A DNA stretch of 64,000 nucleotides from an uncultured Nitrospiraceae bacterium (GTDB taxonomy: Bacteria; Nitrospirota; Thermodesulfovibrionia; Thermodesulfovibrionales; SM23-35). Both the position numbers and the translations under genes were made by a program. The notes below the pieces were generated by a model. That model worked only from the letters and a program-made list of their open reading frames with translations. It did not search any database and was not told the origin of the DNA. This document shows, piece by piece, positions 33,433-43,505 of the stretch. Every line of letters starts with the position of its first letter. Within the stretch, counting starts at the first letter, position 1. The DNA is taken from positions 992,001-1,056,000 of the forward strand of contig CAVSHB010000001.1 in the NCBI GenBank assembly GCA_963727775.1. The letters run 5' to 3'.

Positions 33433-33676
33433 TTGGCAGGAGAATACGAAGGCATTGTTAGCAATATCCGTCGGCGCGGCTCGCCTTGCGGATTCAATAC
33501 CATTAAAACAGTAACAGAATGGATAACATTGGAAACTGCCCTTAAACCAGACAAAGTGGGCTTGCCCATTGATATCTTGCGTATTATTAACAAGGGAGCC
33601 GAATGGATTCAACACAAACCAGAATGTCCAGAAATAGATCAGGAATTTTTTAAATAATTCAAACTGAACCACTACC
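33433..33676 (+). other. Possible 3' remnant of a mobile-element gene with a terminal sequence
   Basis: Orphan ORF without RBS, followed immediately by TTCAAACTGAACCACTACC, which looks like an IS end; family not identified. Confidence 0.3.
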
Positions 33677-33745
33677 CGGTTTTCTATTCCATTGCGCCTC
33701 AAACCTCAATAGGTTAGAATACAATTTACTTGATTTGTACTGTAA

Positions 33746-36700
33746 CTACGTTTTCCCCTTCCCAGAGAGTTTCACACTAACAACTGGTTTCTTAGGATCA
33801 TTGGACGAAATAGCAATTATTGCATTCTTATTGCCAGTTGATGCTGGACCAAATGTGACAGTAATAGCACATGAGCTTCCTTTTGCTATTGTTGAACAGC
33901 TGTTCTCCTGACTAAATTCAGGTGCATTCGCACCTGTAACTGTTATCGAATTTATTACAAGGTCTGATATGCCGGTATTCTTGACTGTTACAACCTTAGG
34001 TGTCGATATACCACCGACCTGTGCAGAACCAAAATTGACCGACTGTGGGGCGACAGAAATCTTTGGAGGAGCACCTTGCCCAGAGAGTTTCACATTAACA
34101 GTCGGTTGCTTAGGATCGTTGGACGAAATAGCAATTATTGCATTCTTATTGCCCGTTGATGCTGGACTAAATGTGACAGAAATAGCGCATGAATTGCCTT
34201 TTGCTATTGTTGAACAGTTGTTCTCCTGACTAAATTCAGGTGCATTCATACCTGCGACTTTTATCGAATTTATTATAAGATCTGATATGCCGGTATTCTT
34301 GACTGTTACAACCTTAGGTGCCGATATACCACCGACCTGTGCAGAACCAAAATTGACCGACTGTGGGGCGACAGAAATCTTTGGAGGAGCACCTTGCCCA
34401 GAGAGTTTCACATTAACAGTCGGCTTATTGGGATCATTAGAAGAAATACTCAAGATCGCACTTTCCTTGCCAAAAGGCAATGCAGGGGCGAATGTTACAG
34501 TAATGGGGCATACACTCTGTGCAGATACTGTCGAACAATTATTTGTTTGAATGAACTCAGATTGGTTTGCGCCCGTCACGGATATCGAATTTATAATAAG
34601 ATCAACATTGCCCGTGCTTTTGATGGTCACTGTTTTAGGACTGGATGTACTCCCAACACCTGCAGAACCAAAATCAACCGACATTGGGCTGACAGATATT
34701 ATAGGCCCCGTCGTCACTCGATTGGATGCAGCTGATGCCGGACCAGTTCCAATAGCATTAGTCGCTCTAACTGTAAAAGTGTAAGCGGTGCCATTTGTTA
34801 GCCCTGTTACCGTTATTGGGCTAGATGCCCCCGTTGCTGTGATGTTTCCTGGGGAGGACGTCACCGTATATGATATGATAGGACTGCCTCCGATCAAAGC
34901 TGGCGCTGAGAAGCTTACTGTTGCCTGTGCGTTGCCCGCGACTGCCTTTACCCCCGTCGGCGCGTCGGGAACTGTAAGGTCCAAGAGTTTCAGCACAAAT
35001 ATAGCAGTGCCGCCGCTGTGAGCGTTTAAAGGGGTTTGACCGTTGGGTCCATTCCATGTGTCCCCACTCTGGCCCGTCAGATACACATCGCTGCTGCCGT
35101 CTACCGCTATGCCATTGGCAACATCATTGCCCAACCCGTAGAAGGTATGCCATTGATACGCCCCGCTGCCGTTGAGTTTCAGCACAAATATAGCAGTGCC
35201 GCCGCTGTGAGCGCTTAAAGGGGTTTGACCGTTGGGTCCATTCCATGTGTCCCCACTCTGGCCCGTCAGATACACATCGCTGCTGCCGTCTACCGCTATG
35301 CCATTGGCAACATCATTGCCCAACCCGTAGAAGGTATGCCATTGATACGCCCCGCTGCTGTTGAGTTTCAGCGCAAATATAGCAGTACCGCCGCTGTGAG
35401 CGCTTAAAGGGGTTTGACCGTTGGGTCCATTCCATGTGTCCCCACTCTGGCCCGTCAGATACACATCGCTGCTGCCGTCTACCGCTATGCCATTGGCAAC
35501 ATCATTGCCCAACCCGTAGAAGGTATGCCATTGATACGCCCCGCTGCTGTTGAGTTTCAGCGCAAATATAGCAGTACCGCCGCTGTGAGCGCTTAAAGGA
35601 GTTTGGCCGTTGGGTCCATTCCATGTGTCCCCACTCTGGCCCGTCAGATACACATCGCCGCTGCCGTCTACCGCTATGCCATTGGCAACATCATTGCCCA
35701 ACCCGTAGAAGGTATGCCATTGATATGCCCCGCTGCTGTTGAGTTTCAGCACAAATATGGCAGTGCCGCCGCTGTATGCGTTTAAAGGGATTCGTCCGCT
35801 CGGGCCATTCCATGTGGCATCACTCTGGCCAGTCAGATACACATCGCCGCTGCTGTCTACCGCTATGCCATTGCCATAATCATTACCCGCACCCGACCCG
35901 TAGAAGGTGTGCCATTGATATGCCCCGCTGCTGTTGAGTTTCAGCACAAATATGGCAGTGCCGCCGCTGTATGCGTTTAAAGGGATTCGTCCGCTCGGGC
36001 CATTCCATGTGGCATCACTCTGGCCAGTCAGATACACATTGCCGCTTACGTCTACCGCTATGCCATTGCCATAATCATTACCCGCACCCGACCCGTAGAA
36101 GGTGTGCCATTGATATGCGCCGTTGGTGTCAAGTTTCAGTACAAATATGTCATAGTTGCCAGAGTCGCCGCTGTAAGCGTTTAAAGGGCTTTGGCCGCTG
36201 GGGCCATTCCATGCGGCATTACTGTATCCCATCACATACACGTTGCCGCTTACGTCTACCGCTATGCCATTGCCATAATCATTACCCGCACCCGACCCGT
36301 AGAAGGTGTGCCATTGATATGTCGGGTCTATGATAAGGTCCCGGTTTCTGTCGTATTCGGCCACTCTAAAACCAAACTGCCCGTCCTCTATCTTGAAGGC
36401 AACTTCTACAGGTATCCTCTTGCTCCCTATCTCCTGCCATGCCACCGGTTTGCTCTCTATCATCCATCCCCGAGCCGTGGGGAGCTTTATCTTTAGGGAG
36501 CCATCCTGCTGAAGCTCTGTTTCTGCACTGTATTTGAGTCTTATATCCCTTGCGTTTGTACCCGGCTTTATTCTATATGTGCTCTCCGCTATGCCACCTC
36601 CTACCCCTTCATAGCTCAGGGTTATTCCTTTCCATAGGTCCTCATACTCTACCTTGCCGAGTTGCTCCAGTCCCTGCCCCTTGCCCTGTGCCTTGCCTGC

Positions 36701-37030
36701 CGATGCCTTCGGCATTACTCCCTTGGTACCCATGAACTCAACGCTCAGAAAACCTGCCGTGTTCACAAGATAAACCTTGTCAGGCTTAAAGCCCATGATA
36801 TGGCTGCCTGCCTTGAATTGCATGATATCGTTCCCTAAAGATTTAGGGGTTATAGGGTTCAAAGGTATATTGTTGGTTAAGTTTACAGGGTGTATAGCCG
36901 AAAAGGCGGCGTTCCCAAGCGCAGAAGATGGACAGATATTATCCTGCCCTCCAATGCCTATTGCGGCAGATGCTGCAAACGGCACAAAGATTAACGCATA
37001 ACAGAGCAATAAGGCCGATATTTTTTTCAT
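33746..37030 (-). CDS. Secreted SBBP beta-propeller protein with FN3 and three choice-of-anchor-D/ASH-type Ig domains
   Basis: Signal peptide; N-domain ending LIIDP; seven WHTFYG..GIAVD blades; PDAPTGV FN3; three SVNFGS..KNTG..SNDP modules. Confidence 0.9.
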   Translation of the reverse strand: MKKISALLLCYALIFVPFAASAAIGIGGQDNICPSSALGNAAFSAIHPVNLTNNIPLNPITPKSLGNDIMQFKAGSHIMGFKPDKVYLVNTAGFLSVEFMGTKGVMPKASAGKAQGKGQGLEQLGKVEYEDLWKGITLSYEGVGGGIAESTYRIKPGTNARDIRLKYSAETELQQDGSLKIKLPTARGWMIESKPVAWQEIGSKRIPVEVAFKIEDGQFGFRVAEYDRNRDLIIDPTYQWHTFYGSGAGNDYGNGIAVDVSGNVYVMGYSNAAWNGPSGQSPLNAYSGDSGNYDIFVLKLDTNGAYQWHTFYGSGAGNDYGNGIAVDVSGNVYLTGQSDATWNGPSGRIPLNAYSGGTAIFVLKLNSSGAYQWHTFYGSGAGNDYGNGIAVDSSGDVYLTGQSDATWNGPSGRIPLNAYSGGTAIFVLKLNSSGAYQWHTFYGLGNDVANGIAVDGSGDVYLTGQSGDTWNGPNGQTPLSAHSGGTAIFALKLNSSGAYQWHTFYGLGNDVANGIAVDGSSDVYLTGQSGDTWNGPNGQTPLSAHSGGTAIFALKLNSSGAYQWHTFYGLGNDVANGIAVDGSSDVYLTGQSGDTWNGPNGQTPLSAHSGGTAIFVLKLNGSGAYQWHTFYGLGNDVANGIAVDGSSDVYLTGQSGDTWNGPNGQTPLNAHSGGTAIFVLKLLDLTVPDAPTGVKAVAGNAQATVSFSAPALIGGSPIISYTVTSSPGNITATGASSPITVTGLTNGTAYTFTVRATNAIGTGPASAASNRVTTGPIISVSPMSVDFGSAGVGSTSSPKTVTIKSTGNVDLIINSISVTGANQSEFIQTNNCSTVSAQSVCPITVTFAPALPFGKESAILSISSNDPNKPTVNVKLSGQGAPPKISVAPQSVNFGSAQVGGISAPKVVTVKNTGISDLIINSIKVAGMNAPEFSQENNCSTIAKGNSCAISVTFSPASTGNKNAIIAISSNDPKQPTVNVKLSGQGAPPKISVAPQSVNFGSAQVGGISTPKVVTVKNTGISDLVINSITVTGANAPEFSQENSCSTIAKGSSCAITVTFGPASTGNKNAIIAISSNDPKKPVVSVKLSGKGKT
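33765..34423. repeat. 318-bp tandem duplication of an Ig module
   Basis: CTTAGGATC at 33791 and 34109; shadow ORFs at 33969 and 34287 are offset by 318. Confidence 0.85.
34985..36320. repeat. Intragenic tandem repeat encoding propeller blades: four near-identical 189-bp units plus ~195-bp units
   Basis: AGTTTCAG anchor recurs near 34985, 35174, 35363, 35552, 35741, 35936 and 36131. Confidence 0.92.
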
Positions 37031-37223
37031 TGCTAAGCTCTCCTTAAAAAGTGTTTTCCCTTAAAGGTCATTTTCTTTAATCCTTTCCCCATCTTTGGAC
37101 TTCTTTCTGTCCCGTTCTTAATAAGGAAGATGGGAGCTTCGCTTTACAGCTTAAGCGATGTATCCTAGGTTTTAAACCTTTTGAAGGATACGCGTTGAGA
37201 AAATCGCAGTGCATTTATTTTTT

Positions 37224-40200
37224 TTACTTTCCTTTACCCGATAGTTTTACGACAGAAATTAACTTCTTCGGGTCATTGGATGAATTATTAATCACCGCGC
37301 TTTGATTTCCCACAGCTACAGGGGAAAACGTAACGGTAACATTACACGAATTGCCTTTTGCTAACGTACTACAATTGTTTGTTTGACTAAATTCAGATTC
37401 GTTTGTACCCGTGATAGATATTGAATTTATCGTAAGATCAGAGGTGCCCGTATTCTTTATTGCTACGGTTTTAGATGCAGATGTGTTTCCAACTACCACA
37501 GAACCAAAGTTAACTGATGTAGTAGAAACGGTAATTACCGGAGGCGGGTCCTGCCCCGAGAGTTGCACGTTAATGGTTGTTTTCTTAGGGTCACTGGATG
37601 AAATACTCATAATCGCAGTTTTATTACCAAAAAGAGATGTTGGGCTGAAAGTCACCGAGATAGTACATGAGCTACCTGGAGAGATTACGGTGCAGGAGTT
37701 TGTTTCACTGAAGTCATTTGGATCTGCACCTGCGATACTTATCGAATCTATTATAAGACTGCCCTTGCCCGTATTCTTGACAGTTACTGTTTTCGGAGCA
37801 GACGTGCTTCCGGCTTTCAGTGAACCGAAGTTAATCGATGTGGGGAGTACGGAGATTTTGGGGATACCAGCCTGAACTGCTGTAAAAGTTGCTGTGACGG
37901 TTGTGTCGGCATTCATCGTTATAGTACAAGTGCCCATGCCTGAACACCCGCCGCCGGACCAGCCTGCAACTGTTGAGCCGGTAGCCGGGGTGGCTGTCAA
38001 GCTTACCACAGTACCAGAGGTAAATGATCCTACGCAAGTGGCCCCACAATCTATGCCGGCCGGTGAACTTATCACTTCCCCTGTCCCTGTTGATGTATTT
38101 GATTTTGTTAGCGTGAGAGTATGCGGGACTGTAACCCCTATGCCTGTTAGTGAAGCACTCACTGTTATGTTTGAGTCATATGTTACAACCAGGCTTGCAC
38201 TTTTAGTTCCATTTGAGTCAGGAGCGAATAATACTTGAACTGTACATGTTCCCGCTGGGGGAAGTGTCTTACCCGAGCAGGAATCTTTTTGGATACTGAA
38301 TTCAGAGGGATTGGCACCTCCTTTTGATATCGATGTTACGCCGGAACCGGCCGTGCCATTGTTTGTGACAATAAAAGTTTGAGGCTGCGAAGAGTTACCA
38401 ATATTTACGCTACCGTAATCCTGAGAAGTTGGAGATATGTTTAACGCTGCCTGCGGCAGTGTGTCCGAGAGTTTCAGCACAAATATGTCAAAGTTCCCAC
38501 TGTAAGCATTTAAAGGAGCAGTCCCTCCGGATCCATTCCATGTGGCATCACTCTGGCCCGTCACACACACGTTCCCGCTCCCGTCTACCGCTATGCCATT
38601 GCCAAAATGATCACTCGCTGACGACCCGTAGAAGGTATGCCACCGATATGCGCCGCTGGTGCCAAGTTTCAGCACAAATATGTCAACGTTGCCGCTGTAA
38701 GCTTTTAAAGGAGAAGTCTCTCCGGGACCATTCCATGCGGCATCACTCTGGCCCGTCACATATGTGTCCCCGTTGCCGTCTACCGCTATGCCATTGCCAG
38801 AACTGTTCCCCGACCCGTAAAAGGTATGCCACTGATATGCGCCGCTGCTGTTGAGTTTCAGCACAAATATGTCAAAATCCCAGGTGCTGCTGAAAGCATT
38901 TAAAGGAACAGTCGCTCCGGGGCCATGCCATGTGGAATTACTGTATCCAGTCACATGCACATTGCCGCTGCCGTCTACTGCTATGCCTTTGCCAAAATCA
39001 TCACCATCTGCCGATCCGTAGAAAGTATGCCACTGATATGACCCGCTGGTATCGAGTTTCAGCACAAATATGTCAAAGTTGCCACTGTAAGCATTTAAAG
39101 GGGCAGTCGCCCCGGGGCCATTCCATGTAACATCACTCTGGCCTGTTACATACACATTGCCGCTGCTGTCTGCCGCAATGCCTCTGCCAGAATTATCACC
39201 CCCTGCCGATCCGTAGAAAGTATGCCACTGATATGACCCGCTGCTGTTGAGTTTCAGCACAAGTATGTCATCGCCGCCGTTGTAAGCGTTTAGAGGGGCA
39301 GTCGCTCCGGGGCCATTCCATGTGGCATTACTGTATCCCGTCACATACACGTTGCCGCTGCCGTCTACCGCTATGCCCCAGCCAGAATCATCACCCCCTG
39401 CCGCACCGTAGAAGGTATGCCATTGATATGCGCCGTTGGTGTCAAGTTTCAGCACAAATATGTCATAGTTGCCAGAGTCGCCGCTGTAAGCGTTTAGAGG
39501 AGCAGTCGCTCCGGGGCCATTCCATGTGGCATTACTGTATCCCGTCACATACACGTTGCCGCTGCTGTCTACAGCTATGCCAGTGCCATAAGCATAATTC
39601 GACCCGTAGAAGGTATGCCACTGATATGTCCCGCTGGTGTCGAGTTTCAGCACAAATATGTCAGTGTCTTCGCCGCCGCTATGAGCGTTTAGAGGAGCAG
39701 TCGCTCCGGGGCCATTCCATGTGGCATTACTGTATCCCGTCACATACACGTTGCCGCTGCCGTCTACCGCTATGCCATTGCCATAATCATTACCCGCTAC
39801 CGACCCGAAGAAGGTATGCCACTGATATGTCGGGTCTATGATAAGGTCCCGATTTCTGTCGTATTCGGCCACTCTAAAACCAATCTGCCCGTTCTCAATC
39901 CTGAAGGCGGCTTCTACCGGTATCCTTTGGACACCTATCTCCTGCCATGCCAACGGTTTGCTCTCCATCATCCAGCCCCGATCCGTCGGAAGCTTTATCC
40001 TCAACGAGCCATCCTTCTGAAGCTCTGTCTCCGCACTGTATTTGAGTCTTATATTCCCTGCGTCTGCGCCCGGCTTTATTCTATATGTGCTCTCCGCTAT
40101 GCCCCCTCCTCCAACCCCTTCATAGCTCAGGGTAATCCCTTCCCATAGGTCTTGATACTCTACCTTGCCGAGTTGCTCCAGTCCCTGCGCCTTGCCTGCC

Positions 40201-40529
40201 GATGCCTTCGGCATTACTCCATTGGTCCCCATGAACTCCACGCTCAAAAAACCTGCCGTGTTGACAAGATACACCCTGTTAGGCTTAAAGCCCATGATAT
40301 GGCTGCCCGCCTTGAATTGCATGACTTCGTTTCCTAAAGATTTATGGGGCACGGAATTCAAAGGTCTGATGTTAGTTAAGTTGACAGGGTGTATAGCCGA
40401 AAAGGCGCCGTTCCCCGGACTGACAGATGGAGAGATATTATCCTGCCCTCTACTGCCTATTGCGGCAGATGTTGCAAACGGTACAAAGATTAACGCATAA
40501 CAGAGCAATAAGACCGATACCTTTTTCAT
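37224..40529 (-). CDS. Paralogous secreted SBBP beta-propeller protein with Ig modules and an InlB B-repeat-like domain
   Basis: Same N-domain; seven diverged blades; SSPAGIDCGATC..GWSGGGCSG module; three ASH-type Ig modules. Upstream ~35 bp resembles that of the 37030 gene. Confidence 0.9.
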   Translation of the reverse strand: MKKVSVLLLCYALIFVPFATSAAIGSRGQDNISPSVSPGNGAFSAIHPVNLTNIRPLNSVPHKSLGNEVMQFKAGSHIMGFKPNRVYLVNTAGFLSVEFMGTNGVMPKASAGKAQGLEQLGKVEYQDLWEGITLSYEGVGGGGIAESTYRIKPGADAGNIRLKYSAETELQKDGSLRIKLPTDRGWMMESKPLAWQEIGVQRIPVEAAFRIENGQIGFRVAEYDRNRDLIIDPTYQWHTFFGSVAGNDYGNGIAVDGSGNVYVTGYSNATWNGPGATAPLNAHSGGEDTDIFVLKLDTSGTYQWHTFYGSNYAYGTGIAVDSSGNVYVTGYSNATWNGPGATAPLNAYSGDSGNYDIFVLKLDTNGAYQWHTFYGAAGGDDSGWGIAVDGSGNVYVTGYSNATWNGPGATAPLNAYNGGDDILVLKLNSSGSYQWHTFYGSAGGDNSGRGIAADSSGNVYVTGQSDVTWNGPGATAPLNAYSGNFDIFVLKLDTSGSYQWHTFYGSADGDDFGKGIAVDGSGNVHVTGYSNSTWHGPGATVPLNAFSSTWDFDIFVLKLNSSGAYQWHTFYGSGNSSGNGIAVDGNGDTYVTGQSDAAWNGPGETSPLKAYSGNVDIFVLKLGTSGAYRWHTFYGSSASDHFGNGIAVDGSGNVCVTGQSDATWNGSGGTAPLNAYSGNFDIFVLKLSDTLPQAALNISPTSQDYGSVNIGNSSQPQTFIVTNNGTAGSGVTSISKGGANPSEFSIQKDSCSGKTLPPAGTCTVQVLFAPDSNGTKSASLVVTYDSNITVSASLTGIGVTVPHTLTLTKSNTSTGTGEVISSPAGIDCGATCVGSFTSGTVVSLTATPATGSTVAGWSGGGCSGMGTCTITMNADTTVTATFTAVQAGIPKISVLPTSINFGSLKAGSTSAPKTVTVKNTGKGSLIIDSISIAGADPNDFSETNSCTVISPGSSCTISVTFSPTSLFGNKTAIMSISSSDPKKTTINVQLSGQDPPPVITVSTTSVNFGSVVVGNTSASKTVAIKNTGTSDLTINSISITGTNESEFSQTNNCSTLAKGNSCNVTVTFSPVAVGNQSAVINNSSNDPKKLISVVKLSGKGK
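37539..38486. repeat. 948-bp dispersed duplication (second copy at 52214-53161)
   Basis: Appears identical by eye; shadow ORFs 37831/52506 and 37894/52569 translate identically (offset 14675). Confidence 0.9.
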
Positions 40530-40616
40530 TACTTCGCTCTCCTAAAAAGTGTTTTTCCTTAATTGATACTATTGTGTCAACGGCATACAAGTGCATCTTA
40601 AAAATAGATAGATATA

Positions 40617-40893
40617 TCACTTATCTTTCCGGGACAATTCCCATAACTGAATATATTTCCATAACATTGAATATGCCGCGCCCGTAGCCGCAATAAATCC
40701 GTAAAATCCGTCCATAAAACCCTTTTTTATGAAGTAAGTTTCTATAAATTTCCATGATGCTTTTATCGGGATGATATACATCTGAATCAACCACAATAAT
40801 TTCATCGGCCCATTTTACACTGTCAAGACAGTCCCTGATATTGTCTTTCTCATTATGCGTTATAATGGTAACCGATATTTTTTCCCTGTCCAA
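40617..40893 (-). pseudogene. GT2 (WaaE/KdtX-like) glycosyltransferase with most of the middle deleted
   Basis: N-terminus ISVTIITHNEKDNIRDCLDSVKWADEIIVVDS joined out of frame to C-terminus KFIETYFIKKGFMDGFYGF..KY. Confidence 0.8.
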
Positions 40894-40934
40894 AAATCTC
40901 CTCCGTTCAGAAATAAACCGAAAATAGCTACATC

Positions 40935-41125
40935 AATCAACATCCGCTTCTGGAGCAAAATAGGCTATGTCTCAGAGATAACTACCAGAGGAGGAGGCGC
41001 GGCAAATGTAAATACAGGGACATTAATGCCAATTCCTAAGTTTACGCCCGCACTGCTCTGTGGAGAAAATCCTGTCAGCACCAAAAACAAGGCGCGCCGT
41101 AAGAGCTCTGATACCTTTCTCCATG
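40935..41125 (-). pseudogene. Fragment of a secreted proline-rich protein gene
   Basis: Reads ..LFLVLTGFSPQSSAGVNLGIGINVPVFTFAAPPPLVVISET, then a frameshift to AYFAPEADVD. Confidence 0.5.
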
Positions 41126-41318
41126 TTATTCTTTCCTGTTAATATTGAAGACGATGAAAGCAGTCAGGAGGTTACAGGCAAACATATAGGTCGTCTGAAA
41201 AAGATTTCCCTCCAGAGTATGCAATTCCGTAGGGTTTACCGTAAATAATAAACTGATGGAGGTGAGCATCACCCATCCCATCCCTGTTTGAAGAATATAG
41301 TGATAATCTGCTATGGTG

Positions 41319-41350
41319 GCAGCCAGTCGATAGGAGGGAAGACTGGCTGC
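41319..41350 (-). terminator. Hairpin downstream of the DUF3443 gene
   Basis: GCAGCCAGTC-N12-GACTGGCTGC; no clear U-tract. Confidence 0.45.
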
Positions 41351-41365
41351 TGCGGATGATTACAA

Positions 41366-43339
41366 TCAATAAGCCCAGTAAGGACCGTTGCCAAGGCTGG
41401 ACGTAGTCCCATCGATCCCCAGATAGACATCCCGCCCTAAATAAAATGGAAGTCCCCAGTCGAATTCGCCAACATCACTCCCCCCTAAATCTGGAAATAC
41501 GTTGTTGGGCGAAGACATAAGACTATCGAAGTCTCCTATCTCGAAAGAGACTACTCCACTCGGGGAATCGAAGGCGCCTGTATTGGTAGCACTGAAGCTC
41601 CTTATGACAGAGGGGCAGTAAAATCCTGAATTGGGAGGAGCGCAATCCGGAAGCAGACTGGATGAGGGAGAAGGAAAGAATAGGCCATTTGAGCCGCTGT
41701 CGATAAAACTGCTGTAAGTGTTACCGTTGAAGGTTGTAATGAATTCACCGTTCTCGTCGGCGGCATAGGTTGACACTGCTGGAGGCACGTTGTTGGACCG
41801 GGTCCCGATACCAAGCACAAGGGTGCCATCGACCGAGGGCGAGCCTCCAGAAGGAACGCTCGGAAGCTTAACTATTACGCCGTTGTTGTCAACGGGCAAC
41901 AAAGCTACCGGGTTCTGCACTTGACTTGAGATTGCAACAGTGGTTCCGCTGCAGCTCGATCCGTTACACGAATAATATTGCCCGTTGTCGAGGTTGTCTG
42001 AGCAGAGGGAACCACAGTCCTGCGCAAAGAGTCCGACCCCAAGTAAACCGTTATACCCCGGATCATCCGGAACTTGGTCGGCATTTCGGCATGCGTGAGG
42101 GGCCCTTGCAAAAGTTGAGTCAATAACATGAATCGGTACCAAGACCGCAGGTTCGTTCCCCAGGATAACGCTCGCTGTCTGAACAGGCCCCCACTCCGAG
42201 GAATCGTCTGCGAACTGTACGCACTCTGCGAGCGAGCCCGAACCGGTACTTACCTGCGTCAAAGGAACGCTCAGTACCTGTTTAAATATACGTAGCCCAT
42301 AGCTTCCGGTATCAAGCAGAATATCATTTATCGTCTGACAGGTCGAGGTACCGGGCGAACAGATCGTCAGACTAACGCAAGGCTTATTCGTGTAAGAGTT
42401 AGCCGAACACAATGACCCGTTCACGGTTATGGTGAGTACATTGTCCTCAGTATTGACTGGTGGTGTATACGTGCATGATTGAGATAATATGGGAGTCCCA
42501 ACACAGCCCGCAGGGCTGCTTGATACGACTGTCCTTGTCTGTGTGCCGGTTTGTTGACATGCTGACCAGTCGGAGTAAGTGTAAGTGCATTGCTGGGGTG
42601 GAGGGGTACCAGTGCCTTTTCCACTGAGGTTAACATTAGAAATTGGTTTCTTCGGGTCATTAGTTGAAATACTCATCGTTGCACTCTTACGGCCCGCTGA
42701 TGTTGGACTTAACGTGACACTGATCGCACATGAACTGCCTTTTGCCACTATCGAACAGCTGTTGGTCTGATCAAACTCAGCAGTATTCGTGCCTGTAAAT
42801 GTTATCGCATTTACAGTAAGGTCTGATATGCCTGTATTTTTAATCGTCACTATTTTAGGAGCAGATGTAGAGCCAACTGCCACAGAACCAAAGTTAACTG
42901 ACATAGGAGAAACGGTGATCGTCGGGGGCGGAACCTGCCCTAAGAGTTGCACGTTAATGGTTGGTTTCTTAGGGTCATTGGATGAAATACTCATAACCGC
43001 ACTTTTGTTGCCAAAAGGGACTGTGGGGTTTAATGTTACAGTGATAGGGCATGAATTCTTTGCTGGTATCGTTGAACAACTATTTGTCTGATTAAACTCA
43101 TAGAGATTTGCTCCGGTAATAGTTATCGAATTTATTATTAAATCTTCGTTACCTGTGTTTTTGATGGTCACCGTCTTGGGACTAGACGTACTTCCAGCCT
43201 TTACGGAACCTAAATTGACTGACATGGGGCTTATGGATATTTTAGGCGCACTTCCAGCTTCAACAGAACCTAAAATGATAGCTGGCAATAAAATCACAAT
43301 AATTGTTGCTGCTAAGCCTAAAACTTTCTTCATGCCCAA
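41366..43339 (-). CDS. DUF3443 pepsin-like aspartic protease fused to two Ig modules and a TSP1-like Cys module
   Basis: Signal peptide; two ASH-type Ig modules; CTYTYSDWSAC..TQTRTV; LLDTGSYG and FIDSGSNG; FDWGLPFYLGR; ends GPYWAY. Confidence 0.88.
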   Translation of the reverse strand: MGMKKVLGLAATIIVILLPAIILGSVEAGSAPKISISPMSVNLGSVKAGSTSSPKTVTIKNTGNEDLIINSITITGANLYEFNQTNSCSTIPAKNSCPITVTLNPTVPFGNKSAVMSISSNDPKKPTINVQLLGQVPPPTITVSPMSVNFGSVAVGSTSAPKIVTIKNTGISDLTVNAITFTGTNTAEFDQTNSCSIVAKGSSCAISVTLSPTSAGRKSATMSISTNDPKKPISNVNLSGKGTGTPPPQQCTYTYSDWSACQQTGTQTRTVVSSSPAGCVGTPILSQSCTYTPPVNTEDNVLTITVNGSLCSANSYTNKPCVSLTICSPGTSTCQTINDILLDTGSYGLRIFKQVLSVPLTQVSTGSGSLAECVQFADDSSEWGPVQTASVILGNEPAVLVPIHVIDSTFARAPHACRNADQVPDDPGYNGLLGVGLFAQDCGSLCSDNLDNGQYYSCNGSSCSGTTVAISSQVQNPVALLPVDNNGVIVKLPSVPSGGSPSVDGTLVLGIGTRSNNVPPAVSTYAADENGEFITTFNGNTYSSFIDSGSNGLFFPSPSSSLLPDCAPPNSGFYCPSVIRSFSATNTGAFDSPSGVVSFEIGDFDSLMSSPNNVFPDLGGSDVGEFDWGLPFYLGRDVYLGIDGTTSSLGNGPYWAY

Positions 43340-43375
43340 ATCTCCCTTATTATGGTTCCCGGAATTATTCGATGT

Positions 43376-43491
43376 TTACTGATAATTTCTTGCAATAGGC
43401 CCCCAATATGACGAGCCGTCTCCGTATTGGATGCACTCCACAATTGAGTAGGGACCGCCGCCCCACAGCCAGTCGCGGGCGCAAGACGCAT
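43376..43491 (-). pseudogene. Collapsed relic of an earlier DUF3443 gene, possibly a lipoprotein
   Basis: MRLAPATGCG.. start at 43491. 43444-43376 reads IVECIQYGDGSSYWGPIARNYQ*, matching LAECVQFADDSSEWGPVQ in the intact DUF3443. Confidence 0.7.
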
Positions 43492-43505
43492 GGGAAAACA
43501 GTATT

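Noticed and set aside
34985..36320. CRISPR array
   Set aside because: Units are 189-195 bp, in frame within a CDS, with no unique spacers or cas genes.
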